Shown piece by piece: positions 60,201-64,000 of a stretch of 64,000 bases of DNA. Source of the stretch: Amoebophrya sp. A120 (lineage: Eukaryota; Protista; Dinoflagellata); contig CAJINV010000015.1 of NCBI GenBank assembly GCA_905178155.1, positions 2,005,730 through 2,069,729 on the forward strand, read 5' to 3'. A model generated the notes under the pieces. It had not been told where the DNA came from. It saw only the letters and a program-made list of their open reading frames with translations, and did not search any database. The position numbers were made by a program, and so were the translations under genes. The first letter of the stretch is position 1. Every line of letters begins with the position of its first letter.

Positions 60201-63200
60201 ATGGCACTACTGCAAGATACAAAAGAAGCTTCTTCGGTTGACATTATTTGCGTCAAAAGCATTACAACAACATGACTTACCGGCCTTCAACAAGTTGCGG
60301 TAGAGTAACATCATTCCATGTAATGCGTTTTGTAAGTAGTCGGGACGACAGAGTACACGGTAACTTTTTTTCTATTCCATAACTAGCTTCCAGAAGATCC
60401 GTGGTCCCGCTCTCTGCGGCGGCTGCGATGCGGCTTTTGAACTGCAGTTTGGCCGCTTCCAGCACGTCCCTCTGGGCTCGCGGTCCCGGCTTTTCATCTG
60501 AGAGGGCGCGCAGACTGGAGGCTGAAAAAGCATGCATTTCCGGCTTTTTCATTCCAATTCCCTCCGGCAATGACGAGTTGTAGGCTCCTGTGCTCATCAA
60601 GGCATGCGTCGCCTGAGCCGCAGCAAAGTCAGAATCTTTGCCCAAGATCGCAGCAGCAGCTTCTTTGATGGCAACATCATGATCTTCGTCTTTTTTCTCA
60701 TCATCGTCCTTTTCGAGAAAGGAAGCTGTGGAGGCCCCTGCTGCTGCAGCTTGTTCCGCGCTGGTGCTGCAGTCGTCACCAGTGTTTGCCAAGACGGAGG
60801 CTTCGTCCGCCATCGCAGGTTTGTAGTCGAGAGAAACGACGGAGCCGAGCGCCATCCCCGCGAGTTCCCCCGTCCAAAACATCTTGGCTTGCTGGCAATC
60901 ACTAGACCCGCTGCACTTCTCCCGGAGAGTGTGAAGCAGATCAGAAGACGCGCGACCGCTGCTCAGCACCGTTTTCAGGCACTTGGCCTTCCCCGCAGTC
61001 AGCGAGCGGAAGACGAATCCGAATTCGTAGGTCAAATTCTCAGAGTCCGGATCTTTCACGCATTGCGCACTGTACAACGGCTTCGACTCCACGAATACAT
61101 CGAAGTTGGTTGTCGTCAGAGAAAAAAACGCCTTCAAGGCCTCCTTCACGGGTGTCTCCAGAGCGTTGAGAATCATGTTTGTCGGATCTTGCGGTGGTAC
61201 TGTGTGTGTGCCGATCGAATACCCGGGCTGCTCCCCGCATTTTGTCACACTCATTGTGCCTGGAAAGGACACCTTGACGGATCCGTGCAGTTGGTATTGG
61301 TCGTCGTTTGCCCCCGCGCACTGCTGCTCCGTTTTCGACACGGGTAAGACATTCGCTGTGTAGTGCTTCGTGAAGCCGGCGGTCCCCACGTTCCCGCTCA
61401 CACCGTACTGGCAAAGCACGTTCTTTGCCGTTTCGAACCCCGCGCACCCGAGCTCCGAAGACTCGCCCCAGATGACCTGGGTGTAATGTCCGATGGCGCC
61501 GCCAGTGTTATCGTCGGCGTGCAGGGCTGCGCCCTTCCCCAGGGCAGCTGCTTCGTTGGTCCACGCACCGACTGGGGTGGTGATGCCGCTCGTGCTCAAG
61601 GAGCTCACTGTGACACTAAGATCAGACACGCTCCCAACCGGCCAACCCTGGGTGTACACGATTTCGTCCTCGTACCACATCTTCGTCGCCCGCCCCCAGG
61701 TCGCCGGGTTCAAATCATTATCACCGCCAAACCCAAAAGCGATGTTCTCGCCGAAACTCCCCGTGAATCCGAATTTGTTCTGTCTGGTAGATTTCGGGGA
61801 GTGGTAGCTGTCGGACGCGGGAAAACCGCACATGACTCTCGCCGGGTCGTTGCATTGCGCGTACTGCGCACTGTTCGTCGCCAAGTCTTCGTTCCACACG
61901 AGGGGCGGGGCGTTGTGCAGACAGCGGTACAGGTTGTGCAGCAAAAGGGTTTCGCGCCACTCTTCCGGCGCCGCTTGGGAGATCACGGATTTAGTAGTGC
62001 CCGGGCTGGTAATGCCGCCGGTGGCGCCGTCAACAACAGCAGGAAGATCTTCTTCCGTATCGCCCCCATCGCCATCTTCTTGTCCCCCCGCCACATCTGG
62101 TTCTACTCCCTCCTCAGCTGGCGTTTGCTCCGGCGCTTCCGTTTCTACTTCATCTTCGTGCGGTGACGTTCCGTCCTCGGGCGAAGATTCATCATCCGGA
62201 CTTTGTGGTTCCTCTGTTTGCTGTTCCGCTTCACCAGGAGGAGCACCCGCTGCACCATCACCACCATCCGCTTCAACCTCTTCCTCCTCTTTCGAGCCTC
62301 CCCATGGAAGAGGGCCGTCAAAAGAGTCAAATGCGGCAGCAGCTGCTTCGTTTGCCGCCTGAAAGAGGTTTTCCGCATGCGAGAGAGAGTCGAGAATCCA
62401 GCTGGAAAGCTGTTTTTCAATCTTGTCCGTTTGCCGCACGAGCCAGGCTGGCGCGCCGCCCAGCGTGGTCGCCCGCGTCAGGAGTTCCATCACGCAGTAG
62501 GGGTTGTGCGTCACGCCTGCTCTTGCGCACTGGGCCGCTGTCTCGGTGTCGTCAGAAGCGAAACTGCCCGTCGCGGTCACCAAATTGTCAATCATTCCGT
62601 CATCCACGGTAACGGAGCCGGGGCTGTGAAGCATCAAATCAGCCTATGCATTGCAAAAGCACAGCTATCGCTATCGTACCGGTTGTACAGCGCCTACCTG
62701 CTAGTAGTTCTAGACCTTAGGTTCTTGCGTGATACAGTCACAAAAAATTATCAATTACCTTATAATCGAAATTGTTCTGGGAGTGAGACAAAAGATCTTG
62801 GCTGTGCACATCATGATGCTGCGGGGCAGCAATTACCAGTACGACTGCGATACTTGTTCTTGTTTTGCGATTGATACATCAGTCACATCGACGAGGCCAG
62901 CTTCAACTTCGGATTGGAGCTCTGCGGCCACTTCCTCAGGTGGGGTGCCGAATGGTGGCGGCGGGCCGCCGTCCACGATTTCCGGAGGGGGGTGATCGCC
63001 CAGGCTTCCGCCCTCGCCCGGACCACCTGCGGCCGGTTCGCCCGCATCAGCCGGTTCGCCCGCATCAGCCGGTTCGCCCGCATCAGCCGGCTCGCCCGCA
63101 TCGGCCGGTTCGCCCGCATCAGCCGGTTCGCCCGCATCAGCCGGCTCGCCCGCATCGGCCGGTTCGCCCGCATCGGCCGGTTCGCTCGCAGCCGGTTCGC

Positions 63201-63795
63201 CCGCGGCCGGTTCGCCTTCAGCCGGTGGCCCATCGCCGTCGGCCGGTGACTGGCTGCCCGCCGGTTCCCCGTCAGCTGGTTCGCCTTCCGGCTTGTGATT
63301 CGGGGAATCAACCACACTGTCGTCCTTGTCCTTCGACCCTTGGTCACAAGGATTGAATTTCTCTTGCATCTGAAGCACACTAGTGGCTGATGTTGCCACT
63401 CCAGAAGTTTCGCCCATTGGTTCCCTCGCCTGTTGCATGATCGGAGATTTTGTAACGGAGCTGCTTTTCAGACTCCTCTCTCGTTCCTGGTTTTTCCTAA
63501 TCTTCGTGGAGGTAAGCGAGCGTCTGAGTTCGCGACCTGCTGCTTGCGTCGTGTCATCATCCTTCCTGCTCCGAGCGGGTGTTCGCGACACGCTTTGCTG
63601 GTGGAGTTTTTGAGAGAGTTGTAAACCGGACGCAGCATCATGACCAGCGTTGTTGAGAAGGAGAACAAGGGCAAGGGGGAAAAGCGCCGTCGCTCCTTGC
63701 TTGCGGGGAAAGCGCAGTGCCCGGTGATCTGCCCACTCCGCCTTCGACTGTTGCGACACGGCGCAAGGCATTGTTGTCCCCTGCGGCTCCGACAT
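57283..63795 (-). CDS. Large secreted-type protein with CAP/SCP domain and EPADAG repeats, 4 exons
   Basis: CAP motifs HNLYRCLH..LVWN..GENIA..WY..GHYTQVIW..LGCA..LCQY..GNV (about 61390-61950); hydrophobic ALFPLALVLLL near the N-terminus; introns 62644-62877, 60137-60280 (GT-AG) and the 59543 introner. Confidence 0.8.
59543..59693. mobile_element. Introner family H
   Basis: TSD CACAG; joins FGPC|AAQV. Confidence 0.93.
62645..62876. mobile_element. Eroded family A-like introner within GT-AG intron 62644-62877
   Basis: TATGCATTGCAAAA...TTTTGCGATTGATA; joins VTD|ADLM. Confidence 0.75.
63032..63175 (-). repeat. Coding 18-bp tandem repeat, (EPADAG) x8
   Basis: GCCGG(T/C)TCGCCCGCATC(A/G) x8, flanked by 15-bp variants. 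Confidence 0.92.
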
Positions 63796-64000
63796 TGTGC
63801 TTTTGTGGGTGAACGAAAAACGACGTGGACAAAGATCAAATTGATAAATTATCGAAGGGGTACAGGTACTAGAAGTTGCACTTTATTAACTTTCTAAATC
63901 TTATCTCCCGTTCGAAATATGCTTTCGTGTTGAAGGGGATGATCTAGCTTTGGCACATCACCACGTGTGTCGTTGACAAGAGTCGTGGATATGCTAATCG

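Noticed and set aside
574-62876. Genes are pseudogenes disrupted by MITEs
   Set aside because: Excision restores frame at the coding sites examined and exons show no other lesions, including essential UBA1 and ALG3.
574-62876. Autonomous transposase, reverse transcriptase or recombinase
   Set aside because: No ORF with recognisable DDE, RT or tyrosine-recombinase motifs; recurring peptides such as CKSIVLV and YPVQKYRT are just TIR translations.

Overview
Eukaryotic nuclear DNA, most likely from a Syndiniales/Amoebophrya-like parasitic dinoflagellate (inferred from gene architecture only). Every gene I can reconstruct is on the minus strand: ALG3, an ATP-grasp-like protein, two paralogous ubiquitin-like + DUF285/BspA-repeat + basic-tail proteins, several low-complexity hypothetical proteins (one locus of about 22 kb), Gemin2/SIP1, the ubiquitin E1 enzyme UBA1, and a large secreted-type CAP/SCP protein. 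The dominant signal is about 55 short (109-322 bp) non-coding, non-autonomous TIR elements in at least 9 sequence families. Almost all begin TAT and end ATA, most are flanked by a 5-bp direct repeat (TSD), and they carry repeated GCAT(G/T/C)ACAA motifs. They sit in exons and UTRs. Removing the element plus one direct repeat restores the reading frame and conserved motifs (e.g. UBA1, ALG3, Gemin2), usually with no GT-AG solution, so they behave as transposon-derived non-canonical introns (introners) alongside a few ordinary GT-AG introns. The window also shows paralog-specific intron gain, an invertible element core, terminal modules shared between families, and a frame-preserving route from introner to canonical intron. 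No transposase is encoded here. All alignments and coordinates were worked out by eye.
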